Below are positions 17,735 to 27,870 of a stretch of 64,000 nt of DNA, piece after piece (positions within the stretch are counted from its first letter, which is position 1; the number at the start of each line of letters is the position of its first letter). Below the pieces are notes generated by a model. It made no database searches. It saw nothing but the letters and a program-made list of their open reading frames with translations, and was not told the DNA's origin. The stretch spans positions 14,770 through 78,769 of the forward strand of contig JAUSPV010000224.1 of assembly GCA_030652755.1 (NCBI GenBank). The letters run 5' to 3'. Source of the DNA: Caulobacter sp. GTDB lineage: Bacteria; Pseudomonadota; Alphaproteobacteria; Caulobacterales; Caulobacteraceae. Made by a program: the position numbers and the translations under genes.

Positions 17735-19122
17735 ACAAGCGTATCGGCGGCGTCGCCGTCCTCGCCGCCAGCGCGCTCGCGCTGGCCGGTTGCTCGACCC
17801 TCAGCGCGGTCGGCAACCTCAACCCGTTCAAGAAGGACGAGCCGAAGGAAGTGGCCGGCGATGGCCGCCGCATCTCGATCGTCGCCTTCGACCAGAAGGT
17901 CGAGACGACCGAGAGCCTGAAGGGCCTGGACTTCTACCTCCCCGTCGCCACGGCGACCGCCAACTGGCCTCAGCCCGGCGGCGATCCGGCCGTAAAGGTC
18001 GACCACGTCGAGGCCGCGCCGGCCTTCGAGGTCGTCTGGCGCAAGAGTTTCGGCAAGGCGTCAAACCGCCACTTCCACGTCACCGCTCCGCCGATCCTCG
18101 TCGACGGCCGACTGTACGTGATGGACGCCGAGTCCGATGTGGCCGCCGTCGACGCGCGCACCGGTGCGGTGATCTGGCGCAAGCCCATTCACGCCCGCAC
18201 CAAGCGCGACAAGCGCGGCTTCGGCGGCGGCGTCGCCTGGTCGGGCGGCAAGCTCTATGTCTCGTCCGGCTTCCGCTTTGTCGCGCAGGTCGACCCGGCC
18301 TCCGGCGAAGTGGGCTGGCGGCGCGACACCGCCTCGCCGATCCATGGCGCGCCGATCGTGACCAGCGGCCGGGTGTTCGTGATCAGCACCGACAACGAGC
18401 TGCTGACCTTTGAAGCCGCCACGGGCACGCCGGGGTGGACCTATCAGGCGCTGGTCGAGCCGGCCAGGATCCTCGCCTCATCGAGCCCCGCCGCGGCCGG
18501 CGACACGGTGATCGGCGCCTTCGCCTCGGGTGAAGTCGTCGCCCTGCGCGCCGCCAACGGCAACGACCTGTGGAACACCACCCTGGCCAAGGCCAGCCGG
18601 ACTAGCGCGCTGTCGGAGATTCGCGACGTCGCCGGCCGCCCGGTGGTCTACGAAGGCGACATCTACGCCGCCAGCCACTCCGGCGTGTTCGCCGCCACCG
18701 ACCTGCGCACCGGACAGGCGCGCTGGTCGCTTCCGGTCGCCTCGATCAGCAGCCCCTGGCCGGCGGGCGACGTCGTCTACATCGTCTCCCAGGCCGGCGA
18801 GCTCATCTGCGCCTCCCGGACGAATGGCGAGGTCTACTGGATCCGGGACCTCAATGAGGGTCAGGTGATCAAGAAGACCAACTTCTTCGGCATGGGCCGC
18901 AAGGAGGACAAGGGCGGCCGCACGCTGTGGACCGGGCCGGTGCTTGCGTCCGACCGGCTGATCCTCGCCTCCAGCGATGGTCGCGCCGTGGCGGTGAACG
19001 CCAAGACCGGCGAGATCATCAAGACCATCAACGTCGGCGCCCCGGTGCTGGTCTCGCCGATCGCGGCGGGTGGAATGGTCTACCTGGTCACCGACGACGC
19101 CCAGCTGGTGGCCATCCGCTAA
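17731..19122 (+). CDS. bamB: PQQ-like beta-propeller lipoprotein (BamB-like)
   Basis: Lipobox LAGC; repeated A-x-D-x-x-T-G-x-x-x-W blades; yfgM-bamB-der synteny. Confidence 0.85.
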   Translation: MNKRIGGVAVLAASALALAGCSTLSAVGNLNPFKKDEPKEVAGDGRRISIVAFDQKVETTESLKGLDFYLPVATATANWPQPGGDPAVKVDHVEAAPAFEVVWRKSFGKASNRHFHVTAPPILVDGRLYVMDAESDVAAVDARTGAVIWRKPIHARTKRDKRGFGGGVAWSGGKLYVSSGFRFVAQVDPASGEVGWRRDTASPIHGAPIVTSGRVFVISTDNELLTFEAATGTPGWTYQALVEPARILASSSPAAAGDTVIGAFASGEVVALRAANGNDLWNTTLAKASRTSALSEIRDVAGRPVVYEGDIYAASHSGVFAATDLRTGQARWSLPVASISSPWPAGDVVYIVSQAGELICASRTNGEVYWIRDLNEGQVIKKTNFFGMGRKEDKGGRTLWTGPVLASDRLILASSDGRAVAVNAKTGEIIKTINVGAPVLVSPIAAGGMVYLVTDDAQLVAIR

Positions 19123-19231
19123 GCTTCCGTGGTAAAGGCGCGGCCCCGCAGGCCGCGTCCCTTCCACTCCGCGCAATTCTGCTATTCTCCGACGGCGACC
19201 ATCCGGGCGCCGTCTCAAGGCCGTTTCCACC

Positions 19232-20887
19232 ATGCCTCTCAAGCTCGCCATCGTCGGCCGGCCGAACGTCGGCAAGTCCACGCTGTTCAATCGTCTGGCC
19301 GGCAAGAAGCTCGCCATTGTCGACGATCAGCCCGGCGTCACCCGTGATCGCCGCTTCGCGCGCGGCAGCCTGGGCGACCTCGAACTGACCCTGATCGACA
19401 CCGCCGGCTTCGAGGACGTCAGCGACGAGAGCCTGGAGGCGCGGATGCGCGCCCAGACCGAGTTGGCGATCGACGAGTCCGATGTCGTCCTGTTCCTGAT
19501 CGACGCCCGCGAGGGCATCACGCCGGGCGACGAGATCTTCGCCCAGATCCTGCGCCTGACCGAAAAGCCCGTCATCCTCGGCGCCAACAAGGCCGAGGGC
19601 AAACAGGGGGACGGCGGCATCGCCGAAGCCTGGTCGCTGGGCTTCGGCGAGCCGCTGGCGCTGTCCGGCGAGCACGGCGACGGCATGGCCGACCTCTACC
19701 AACAGCTGGTCCTGCGCGAGGAGCTGGCCGGTCCCGCCGATGACGAGGACGAAGAGAACAAGCCGATCCACATCGCCATCGTCGGCCGCCCCAACGCGGG
19801 GAAGTCGACCCTGGTCAACCGCCTGATCGGCGAAGACCGCATGCTGACCGGCCCCGAGGCGGGCATCACCCGCGATTCGATCTCCATCGAATGGGAACAC
19901 GAGGGCCGCAAGGTCCGTCTGGTCGACACCGCCGGCCTGCGCCGCAAGGCCAAGGTCCAGGAGAAGCTGGAGAAGCTGTCCACCTCGGACTCCATCCGGG
20001 CGATCAACTTCGCCGAGGTGGTGCTGCTGGTCATGGACGCCACCCACCCGTTCGAGATCCAGGATCTGCAGATCGCCGACCTGGTCGAGCGGGAAGGCCG
20101 CTGCCTGGTCTTCGTGCTGGCCAAGTGGGACCTGGTCGAGGATCCGGCCGGTCAGCTCAAGGCCTTCCGCGAACACGCCGAGCGCATGCTGCCCCAGGTG
20201 CGCGGCGCGCCGGTCGTGGCCCTGTCGGCCGAGACCGGCTACGGCATCGGCAAGCTGATGCCGGCGATCCTGAAGACCTACACCGACTGGTCGACCAAGG
20301 TGAAAACCCGCGACCTGAACGACTGGCTGGCCATGGCCATTCAGCGGCACCCGCCCCCCTCGGTCGGCGGCAAGCGCATCAAGCCCAAGTACATGGCCCA
20401 GACCAAGGCCCGTCCGCCCACGTTCGTGCTGTTCTCTAGCCGCGCCGAGCAGATGCCCGAGCAGTATCGGCGCTATCTCGTGAACAGCCTTCGCGAGAGC
20501 TTCGACATGCCCGGGGTGCCGATCCGCGTGTCTCTGAAGAGCAACAAGAATCCCTATGCCGAGGGCGGGGCCAAGTCCGGCGCCCCGTCGTTCCAGCAGG
20601 GCGGCGAGGCCAAGAAGGAAAAGGCGATGTCGCTGGCCGCCGAGGCCCGCGCCGAGAAGGCCGCCGCGGCCGCCGAGGCCAGTGGCGAGCCGGCGCCCAA
20701 GCCGGTGAAGAAGACGGTGGTCAAGCTGACCGGCGTCAAGGCCGCCAAGGCCCGCGCCGCCACCGCCCTGAAGTTCACCAAGGCCAAGGGCGCCAAGGGC
20801 TCGCGCCCCGGCATCCAGAAGCTGCGCGGCGGCGGCTCGGTCAAGGGCCGTCCGCCAAGGCCGACGACGCGGACGGGCAAGAAGTAG
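19232..20887 (+). CDS. der: Ribosome biogenesis GTPase Der (EngA)
   Basis: Two G domains ([20 protein letters not shown]), KH-like domain, long basic tail. Confidence 0.97.
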   Translation: MPLKLAIVGRPNVGKSTLFNRLAGKKLAIVDDQPGVTRDRRFARGSLGDLELTLIDTAGFEDVSDESLEARMRAQTELAIDESDVVLFLIDAREGITPGDEIFAQILRLTEKPVILGANKAEGKQGDGGIAEAWSLGFGEPLALSGEHGDGMADLYQQLVLREELAGPADDEDEENKPIHIAIVGRPNAGKSTLVNRLIGEDRMLTGPEAGITRDSISIEWEHEGRKVRLVDTAGLRRKAKVQEKLEKLSTSDSIRAINFAEVVLLVMDATHPFEIQDLQIADLVEREGRCLVFVLAKWDLVEDPAGQLKAFREHAERMLPQVRGAPVVALSAETGYGIGKLMPAILKTYTDWSTKVKTRDLNDWLAMAIQRHPPPSVGGKRIKPKYMAQTKARPPTFVLFSSRAEQMPEQYRRYLVNSLRESFDMPGVPIRVSLKSNKNPYAEGGAKSGAPSFQQGGEAKKEKAMSLAAEARAEKAAAAAEASGEPAPKPVKKTVVKLTGVKAAKARAATALKFTKAKGAKGSRPGIQKLRGGGSVKGRPPRPTTRTGKK

Positions 20888-20897
20888 GCGGCAAGGG

Positions 20898-20947
20898 TCG
20901 GGGACAGTTTAGGGTGTCCCTGCAGGGACATCCTAAACTGTCCCCGA
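20898..20947. repeat. 50-bp near-perfect loopless palindrome at convergent gene junction
   Basis: 25-bp arms TCGGGGACAGTTTAGGGTGTCCCTG and CAGGGACATCCTAAACTGTCCCCGA with one mismatch. Confidence 0.9.
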
Positions 20948-21670
20948 GGCCTTCCAGTCGTTGAACACCACCGTCGGCGCCGTGGGGCCGAGGTCGGCCT
21001 GGGCCAGCTGGACGACCAGCGGCGCGATCTCGGACGGTTCGGGAAGGGTCAGCGGGTCCTCGCCGGGATAGGCCTCGGCCCGCATGCGGGTGCGCATGGT
21101 CGAGGGGTCGAGCAGCACGGCCTGGACGGAGGTGTTCTCCACCTCGTCGGCCCAGCAGCGCACCAGCGCCTCCATCCCCGCCTTGCTGGCCGCGTAGGCC
21201 GCCCAGAAGGCCTTGGGGCGCACCACGCGGCCGCTGGTCAGGAAGATGGCCCGCCCACGGTCAGAGGCCTTCAGCAGCGGCTCCATGGACCGGATCAGCC
21301 GCCAGCTGGCGGTCAGGTTCACGGCCAGCGTCTCGTCCCATTTCTTCGGCTCGATGTGGCCGGTCGGCGTGATGCCGCCCAGCACGGCGGCGGCGTGGAC
21401 CATGATGTCCAGTTTCCCCCAGCGCTCGTGGATCGTCGCGCCGAGCGCATCCAGGCCCTCGGGCTGGCGCAGGTCTATCGGCACGAGCGTGGCGTGGGCG
21501 CCGGTCTCGGCGAAGATCTGGTCGTCGAGCGCCTCGAGCCCGCCCTGTGTGCGCCCCAGCGCGATGACGTGGGCGCCGGCGCGGGCGAGGCCCAGCGCGG
21601 CGGCCTGGCCGATGCCGCGCGTGGCGCCGGTGACGAGGGCGATGCGGTTGTGGAGGGGTCTGGAATCCAT
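20933..21670 (-). CDS. SDR family oxidoreductase (YciK-like)
   Basis: TGATRGIG and YAASK motifs. Confidence 0.9.
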   Translation of the reverse strand: MDSRPLHNRIALVTGATRGIGQAAALGLARAGAHVIALGRTQGGLEALDDQIFAETGAHATLVPIDLRQPEGLDALGATIHERWGKLDIMVHAAAVLGGITPTGHIEPKKWDETLAVNLTASWRLIRSMEPLLKASDRGRAIFLTSGRVVRPKAFWAAYAASKAGMEALVRCWADEVENTSVQAVLLDPSTMRTRMRAEAYPGEDPLTLPEPSEIAPLVVQLAQADLGPTAPTVVFNDWKASGTV

Positions 21671-21721
21671 GCGCCTCCCTTTAGCGAGGCTTGCGCGGCT
21701 TGTCCTGCCCCGAGGTGGTGA

Positions 21722-22558
21722 TCATGCCGGTACGGCCAGCACCGCCCGCCCGGAATTGCGAAGCACCTGCTCGGTGGTGCTGCCGCGCAGGGCGTCGAGC
21801 AGGCTGTCGTGCCCGCGGGTGGCCATGACGATCAGGTCGGCTTCGACCTCGGCCGCCGCGTCGATGATCCCTTCCACCACGGCGCCGGCTTGCTGGCGGA
21901 TGCGAACGCGGGTGGCGATGGCCTCGGGAACCGGCGTTTCGGGGAAGCTGTCGCCGACGTGGAGCAGGTGGAAGACGGCTTCGCCGGCGCCGAGCATGGC
22001 CGTCAGGTTCGCCACCGTCGCCAGCGCCCGGGCGGCGCTGGGGCGATGATCCACCGCGACCAGCACGTTCCGCAAGCTGACGGCGCCCGTGGCGGGATCG
22101 ACAAAGCCCCGCGCTGTCGGCGGCAGGGTCAGGCTCGGCGTGTGAGCCTCCCGCGAGATCGGCTCGGCGAGCGAGGGGTGCAGCCAGCGATCAACGCCCT
22201 GGCGCGCCTGACTGGCCAGCACCACAAGATCGCACGGGCGATGCTCAAGCACATCCTTCACACCACGAAGCGGGTCAAGCTCGGGGATATCGATCTTGCG
22301 GATCCGCAGGTCGAGCAGCGCCTCGACCGCCGAAGCGGGCGCACCGAACTCCAGGAAGCCCCAGCCCGCGAGGCTGGCCCGCACGCGCGGGAATTGCTCC
22401 CATTCCTTGCCGACCTGTTCGCGTGTGGCGACATGCACGATCGCCAGCTCCCCCTTGCCGGCGAGCGCAATGCGCAGAGCGTGGGCAAAGGCGAGGTCGC
22501 CGTCATGCGACAGGTCGGTTGCGAACAGCACGCGGCTGAGCGGGGGTCTGGCTTGCAC
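21722..22558 (-). CDS. Universal stress protein (two USP domains)
   Basis: VLFATDLS, VLVAVD and DLIVMATRGH...GSTTEQVLR motifs; GTG start after AGGAGG. Confidence 0.88.
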   Translation of the reverse strand: MQARPPLSRVLFATDLSHDGDLAFAHALRIALAGKGELAIVHVATREQVGKEWEQFPRVRASLAGWGFLEFGAPASAVEALLDLRIRKIDIPELDPLRGVKDVLEHRPCDLVVLASQARQGVDRWLHPSLAEPISREAHTPSLTLPPTARGFVDPATGAVSLRNVLVAVDHRPSAARALATVANLTAMLGAGEAVFHLLHVGDSFPETPVPEAIATRVRIRQQAGAVVEGIIDAAAEVEADLIVMATRGHDSLLDALRGSTTEQVLRNSGRAVLAVPA

Positions 22559-22629
22559 GGTCACCTCCTTTGGGTCACCGGAGCCTAGAGAGCGGCGACG
22601 CGCGCGCCTTGATCCAGCGCAAGAGCCCG

Positions 22630-23616
22630 TCAGTCGGTACGCGCCCCATATCTCTGCGCGATCACCGCGCAGGCCATCAGCTGGAGCTGGTGGAACAGCA
22701 TGATCGGCAGGACGATGAAGCCGACCGTGGCGGCCGGGAACAGGATGCTGGCCATGGGTACGCCGGTGGCCAGGCCTTTCTTGGAGCCGCAGAAGACCAC
22801 GACGATCTCGTCGGCCTTGCTGAACTTCAGCGCCCGCGCCGCCAGCAGGCTGGCGGTCAGCACCACGGCCAGCAGCACGCCGCAGATGACCAGGAGCACG
22901 GTCAGTTCGAGTGCGCTGACCTGCTTCCAGAGGCCGCCCACGACAGCGGCGCTGAACGCGCCGTAGACAACCAGCAGGATCGAGCCCCGGTCGGTGTAGC
23001 TGACCAGCCTGGCGTTGCGCGTCACCCAGGCCGCGATCCAGGGGCGGGCCACCTGGCCCAGGATGAAGGGCAGCAGGATCTGCACCGCGACGTCCTGCAC
23101 CGCCTTCAGCGACAGGCCGCCCGTCGTGGTGTGCAGGAACAGCCCGACCAGCAGCGGCGTCAGGATCACCCCGATCAGGTTGGAGGCCGAGGCGGCCACC
23201 ACGGCGGCGGCGACATTGCCACGCGCCTGCGAGGTGAAGGCGATCGACGACTGCACCGTCGAGGGCAGCAGGCAGAGGTACAGCACTCCGGCCGCCAGCG
23301 GGGCCGGCAGCAGCCACTCCGGCAGCTGGATCAGGCCCAGGCCGAGCACCGGGAACAGCACGAAGGTGAAGGCCAGCACGGTCAGATGCAGCCGCCAGTG
23401 GATCAGGCCCGCCACGACCTGCTCGCGCGGCAGCCGCGCGCCGTGCAGGAAGAACAGCAGCGCGATGGCCGCCTTGGTCAGCCATCCGAACCACACGGCG
23501 CCCTGGCCGCTGACCGGCAACAGGCTGGCCAGCACCACCATCAGCATGATGGCGATGATGTAGGCGTCGGGCTTGAGGGACTTCAGCCAGCCGGCTTTCG
23601 CCGACGGCTGACTCAC
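22630..23616 (-). CDS. Bile acid:sodium symporter family protein (YfeH-like)
   Basis: FFLHGARL, LPSTVQSSIAFT and FCGSKK motifs; GTG start overlaps purF stop. Confidence 0.9.
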   Translation of the reverse strand: MSQPSAKAGWLKSLKPDAYIIAIMLMVVLASLLPVSGQGAVWFGWLTKAAIALLFFLHGARLPREQVVAGLIHWRLHLTVLAFTFVLFPVLGLGLIQLPEWLLPAPLAAGVLYLCLLPSTVQSSIAFTSQARGNVAAAVVAASASNLIGVILTPLLVGLFLHTTTGGLSLKAVQDVAVQILLPFILGQVARPWIAAWVTRNARLVSYTDRGSILLVVYGAFSAAVVGGLWKQVSALELTVLLVICGVLLAVVLTASLLAARALKFSKADEIVVVFCGSKKGLATGVPMASILFPAATVGFIVLPIMLFHQLQLMACAVIAQRYGARTD

Positions 23617-25112
23617 GCGCTCACCAGGAAGGACAGCTGCTTGCCGCCGTCGGCCTGGCCCTCGGCGATCTCGCGGTCGAGCAGCCGGGTCGGGTAGTCG
23701 CCGGTGAAGTAGTGGTCGGTGAACTGCGGCGCGGCCGGATCGCGCGGACCGGCCTCCAGCGCCCAGTAGAGGCCCTCGACCGACAGGAAGCCCAGCGAGT
23801 CCACCTCGAGGAACCGCGTCATCTCGGCCAGCGACTTGCGGGCGGCGAGCAGTTTGTCGCGGTCGGGCATGTCGATGCCGTAGAAGTCCGGCCACATGAT
23901 CGGCGGGCTGGCCGATCGCAGATGCACCTCCGTCGCGCCGGCCTCGCGGACCATCCGGACAATCTTGCGGCTGGTCGTGCCGCGCACGACCGAGTCGTCG
24001 ATCAGCACCACCCGCTTGCCGGCCAGAACGGCGCGGTTGGGGCTGTGCTTCATGCGCACGCCCAGTTCGCGCACGCCCTGGGTCGGCTGGATGAAGGTGC
24101 GGCCGATGAAGTGGCTGCGGATGATGCCCAGTTCGTAGGGCACGCCGCTGGCCTGGGCGTAGCCGAGGGCGGCCGGCACGCCGCTGTCGGGCACCGGCAC
24201 GACCACGTCGGCCTCGGCGGGGGTCTCTTCGGCCAGCCGCATGCCCATGCGCTTGCGAACGTCATAGACCGAGCGGCCGTTCACGACGCTGTCGGGACGG
24301 GCGAAGTAGACGTACTCGAACACGCAGGGCCGCGCGCGCTGGGGCGGGAAGGGCTTGAGGCTGGTGACGCCGGCCTCGTCGATGATCACCATCTCGCCGT
24401 TGTCGATGTCGCGCACGAAGCGGGCGCCGATCATGTCCAGGGCGCAGGTCTCCGACGCCAGGACCGGATTGCCGTTAAGGTCGCCCAGCACCAGCGGGCG
24501 GATGCCCAGGGGATCGCGGACGCCGATCATCTTCTTGTTGGTCAGGGCGACCAGGGCGTAACCGCCCTCGATCTGGCCGATGGCGTCGATGAAGCGGTCG
24601 ACGACGCGAGCCTTCCGCGAACGGGCTATCAGGTGAAGGATCACCTCGCTGTCGCTGGTCGACTGGAAGATGGCGCCTTCGCTGACCAGCCGCTCGCGCA
24701 GGGCCAGGAAATTGGTCAGGTTGCCGTTGTGGGCCAGGGCGACGCCGCCGGCCTCGAGGTCGGCGAACATCGGCTGGACGTTGCGGATGCCTGAGCCGCC
24801 GGCCGTGGCGTAGCGGGTGTGACCTATGGCCTGGCTGCCCGGCAGCCGCTCGATCAGGTCATCTCCGCCGAAGGCGTCGCCGACGTGACCCAGGTGTCGT
24901 TCGGTGTGGAAGCTCCTGCCGTCAAAGGCCGCGATGCCGCAGGCCTCCTGTCCGCGATGCTGCAGGGCGTGGAGGCCGAGGGCGGCGACGGCGGCCGCGT
25001 CGCGAACGCCGAAGACGCCGAAGACGCCACATTCGAGCCGCAGGGCATCATCGTCGGGATCACGCTGGGCGAGATGGGAGTAGGTGTCCGTCGTCCGGCC
25101 CAGGCGGCTCAT
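23613..25112 (-). CDS. purF: Amidophosphoribosyltransferase
   Basis: ECGVFG, LQHRGQE, GHTRY and PRPP-binding VLIDDSVVRGTTS motifs. Confidence 0.97.
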   Translation of the reverse strand: MSRLGRTTDTYSHLAQRDPDDDALRLECGVFGVFGVRDAAAVAALGLHALQHRGQEACGIAAFDGRSFHTERHLGHVGDAFGGDDLIERLPGSQAIGHTRYATAGGSGIRNVQPMFADLEAGGVALAHNGNLTNFLALRERLVSEGAIFQSTSDSEVILHLIARSRKARVVDRFIDAIGQIEGGYALVALTNKKMIGVRDPLGIRPLVLGDLNGNPVLASETCALDMIGARFVRDIDNGEMVIIDEAGVTSLKPFPPQRARPCVFEYVYFARPDSVVNGRSVYDVRKRMGMRLAEETPAEADVVVPVPDSGVPAALGYAQASGVPYELGIIRSHFIGRTFIQPTQGVRELGVRMKHSPNRAVLAGKRVVLIDDSVVRGTTSRKIVRMVREAGATEVHLRSASPPIMWPDFYGIDMPDRDKLLAARKSLAEMTRFLEVDSLGFLSVEGLYWALEAGPRDPAAPQFTDHYFTGDYPTRLLDREIAEGQADGGKQLSFLVSA

Positions 25113-25720
25113 CGCGTCTTCTCCACTAGGTCGTCCATGGCGTCGCGCTCGCCTTCGCCGTAACCCGTTCCGTCGCCCTTCGGCGCGGCCACTCCCGCCT
25201 CGACCGCCCTTTCCAGGGTGGGCGCGACGGCGCGAACCGCGTCGAATCCTTCCGGCGCGAAGGCCTTGAGGACCTGTCCCGACGCCTCCGCCAGCGGATA
25301 GGTGAGGGCGCCCGTGACCCATTTCGGCGCGGTCTCGGTCGTGCTGGCCATCTGGAACAGAAGGCTGAACACCCCGAGCAGCACCATCGCCCGGACAAAC
25401 CCGAACCCGGCGCCGACGCCGCGATCGAGAATTCCCAGGGCTTGGGTCTCGTGCACCCGCCGCTGGAGACCCGCGCCGAGCATTCGCAGCGCGATATAGG
25501 TCAGACCAAAGACAAACAGAAGGGCAATCCCGACACCGGCCCAGTCCGGCTCGACGATCGAGCGGCCGATCGGGGCGGTGAATCGCAGCGCGAACACGGC
25601 CGTGATGGCCGCGACGAGGAAGGCGACGACCGTCATGAGTTCCTTCGTCGCACCCCGGCTGAAGCCGATCAGGGCGGAGACGATCAGCAACGGCCCGGCG
25701 ATGAAGTCGAACTGGGTCAT
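25109..25720 (-). CDS. cvpA: CvpA family membrane protein
   Basis: Four TM, RGATKE and DRGVGAGFG motifs; directly upstream of purF. Confidence 0.9.
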   Translation of the reverse strand: MTQFDFIAGPLLIVSALIGFSRGATKELMTVVAFLVAAITAVFALRFTAPIGRSIVEPDWAGVGIALLFVFGLTYIALRMLGAGLQRRVHETQALGILDRGVGAGFGFVRAMVLLGVFSLLFQMASTTETAPKWVTGALTYPLAEASGQVLKAFAPEGFDAVRAVAPTLERAVEAGVAAPKGDGTGYGEGERDAMDDLVEKTR

Positions 25721-25727
25721 GCGCGCA

Positions 25728-27089
25728 TCAACTCCAATCCTGTTCGCCGATCCGGCGGACCGCGTCCGCCAGCCGCGACACGCCGGTCACGGCCAGCGCA
25801 TCGCCGGCCCCGACGGGACCCAAGGCCCGCTTGAACCCCAGTTTCGCGGCTTCCTTGAGGCGGGACTCCATCCGGCCGACGGGCCGCACCTCGCCCGAGA
25901 GGCTGACCTCGCCGAACACCACGCAGTCCTGGGGCAGAGCCTCGTCCAGCGCCGAGGACGCCAGGGCCGCCGCCGCCGCCAGGTCGGCCGCAGGCTCGCT
26001 GATCCGCAGGCCGCCGGCGACATTGAGGTAGACGTCGCGGTTGCCGAGGCCCAGGCCGCAGCGCGACTCCAGCACCGCCAGCACCATGGCGAGCCGCCCG
26101 TTGTCCCAGCCAACCACCGCACGACGGGGCGTGCCATAGGCGCTGGGGGCGACAAGGGCCTGGAACTCGACCAGCACCGGGCGGCTGCCCTCGATGCCGG
26201 CGAACACCGCGGCCCCCGCCGCCCGCTCGCCGCCCTCGTTGAGGAACAGGGCCGAAGGGTTGCGGACCTCGCTCAGGCCGATATCGCCCATCTCGAAGAC
26301 CCCGATCTCGTCGGTGGCCCCGAAGCGGTTCTTGGCCCCGCGCAGGATGCGGAACGGATAGCCGCGCTCACCCTCGAAGGCGAGGACGGCGTCGACCATG
26401 TGCTCGACCACGCGCGGACCGGCGATCTGGCCGTCCTTGGTGACATGCCCGACGAGGATCATGGCAATGCCGCGCTTCTTGGCCAGCCGGACCAGCTCGG
26501 CGGCGCAGCTGCGCACCTGGGTGACCGACCCGGGGCCAGCCTCGTGGGCGTCGCTCCACATGGTCTGGATCGAATCGATGACCACCAGGTCGAACTGTTC
26601 GCGCTTCAGGCCGTCCAGGATGTCGCGCAGGGCGGTCTCGGCGGCCAGTTTCACCGGCGCCTGGGCCAGACCCATGCGGCCGGCGCGCCCGCGGATCTGC
26701 TCGACGGCCTCCTCGCCGGAGATGTAGGCGCAGCGGGCTCCGCGCAGGGCGGCGTTGGCCACCACCTGCAGCAGCAGGGTGGACTTTCCGACGCCCGGGT
26801 CCCCGCCCAGCAGAATGGCGCTGCCCGGCACCACGCCGCCGCCGCAGACGCGGTCGAACTCGTCGACGCCGGTGACAATGCGCGGCGGTTCGGGATTCTC
26901 GCTTTCGAGGCCCTCGAAGGCCAGGCCGCGGGTCTTGCTGGCCCTGGTCGGCGCCAGCGCGCCTGGCGGGCGCGAGGTGACCTCCTCGACCAGGCTGTTC
27001 CAGGCGTTACAGGCCGGGCACTGGCCCGCCCACTTCGACTGAGCCGCGCCGCAGGACTGGCAGACATAAACGGCGCCGTCGCGGGCCAT
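25728..27089 (-). CDS. radA: DNA repair protein RadA/Sms
   Basis: C4 zinc finger, GDPGVGKST, KNRFG motif. Confidence 0.97.
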   Translation of the reverse strand: MARDGAVYVCQSCGAAQSKWAGQCPACNAWNSLVEEVTSRPPGALAPTRASKTRGLAFEGLESENPEPPRIVTGVDEFDRVCGGGVVPGSAILLGGDPGVGKSTLLLQVVANAALRGARCAYISGEEAVEQIRGRAGRMGLAQAPVKLAAETALRDILDGLKREQFDLVVIDSIQTMWSDAHEAGPGSVTQVRSCAAELVRLAKKRGIAMILVGHVTKDGQIAGPRVVEHMVDAVLAFEGERGYPFRILRGAKNRFGATDEIGVFEMGDIGLSEVRNPSALFLNEGGERAAGAAVFAGIEGSRPVLVEFQALVAPSAYGTPRRAVVGWDNGRLAMVLAVLESRCGLGLGNRDVYLNVAGGLRISEPAADLAAAAALASSALDEALPQDCVVFGEVSLSGEVRPVGRMESRLKEAAKLGFKRALGPVGAGDALAVTGVSRLADAVRRIGEQDWS

Positions 27090-27249
27090 GCGCTCTCCTG
27101 ATTCGCGGACCAAGGGACCATAGCGACAAAACGGGAACGCCGCCTGACCAATCCGCGCCGGCCTGCTCCCGGAACCGTGTCTCGCCAAAGGCCGCGACTC
27201 CGGTACGCTTCCGCGGTGAAAGCGATCCATGCGGCCTGGGAGGCGACAG

Positions 27250-27870
27250 ATGAGCGTTGTTGACGGAGGATCCTCGTCGGGTCTGGTTCAGAGGGTTCAG
27301 GACATCCTGCTGCGGCCCAAGCCGACCTGGGACGTCATCGCGGGCGAACCGGCCACGGTGAAAGGACTCTTCACCGGCTACATCATGATCCTTGCGGCGA
27401 TCGGACCGGTTTGCCAGGTCCTGGGCGCGACCCTGTTCGGCGGCTTCCTGTTCGCGCCGTTCATGCTGGTTGGCGCGGTGGTCGGTTACGCCCTGTCGCT
27501 GGCGGGGGTCTACATCATGGCCCTGGTGATCGATGGCCTGGCCCCCAGCTTCGGCGGCGAGAAGAACCAGATCCAGGCGCTGAAGGTCGCGGCCTACGGC
27601 AGCACCGCCGCCTGGCTGGCGGGGATCTTCAACCTTGTCCCCATGCTGGCCTTTCTCGGCATCCTGGGTCTCTACAGCCTCTATCTGTTCTATCTGGGAC
27701 TGCCGAAGCTGATGAAGGCGCCCGCCGACAAGGCTGTCGGCTACACGGCCGTCGTGGTGGTCGTGATGCTGGTCGTCTACATGGTGATCGGCATGATCGT
27801 CGGGTCGATCATCGCCATGGGCGCCCTGGGGGCGGTCGGCGCGGCGGCTGCGGCCGGAGCGCTCAGCTAG
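27250..27870 (+). CDS. Yip1 family membrane protein
   Basis: [21 protein letters not shown] and [12 protein letters not shown] patterns. Confidence 0.8.
   Translation: MSVVDGGSSSGLVQRVQDILLRPKPTWDVIAGEPATVKGLFTGYIMILAAIGPVCQVLGATLFGGFLFAPFMLVGAVVGYALSLAGVYIMALVIDGLAPSFGGEKNQIQALKVAAYGSTAAWLAGIFNLVPMLAFLGILGLYSLYLFYLGLPKLMKAPADKAVGYTAVVVVVMLVVYMVIGMIVGSIIAMGALGAVGAAAAAGALS

Noticed and set aside
21722-23494. 590-aa ORF as one protein
   Set aside because: The USP begins at GTG 22558 after AGGAGG; the upstream part is an alternate frame of the symporter.
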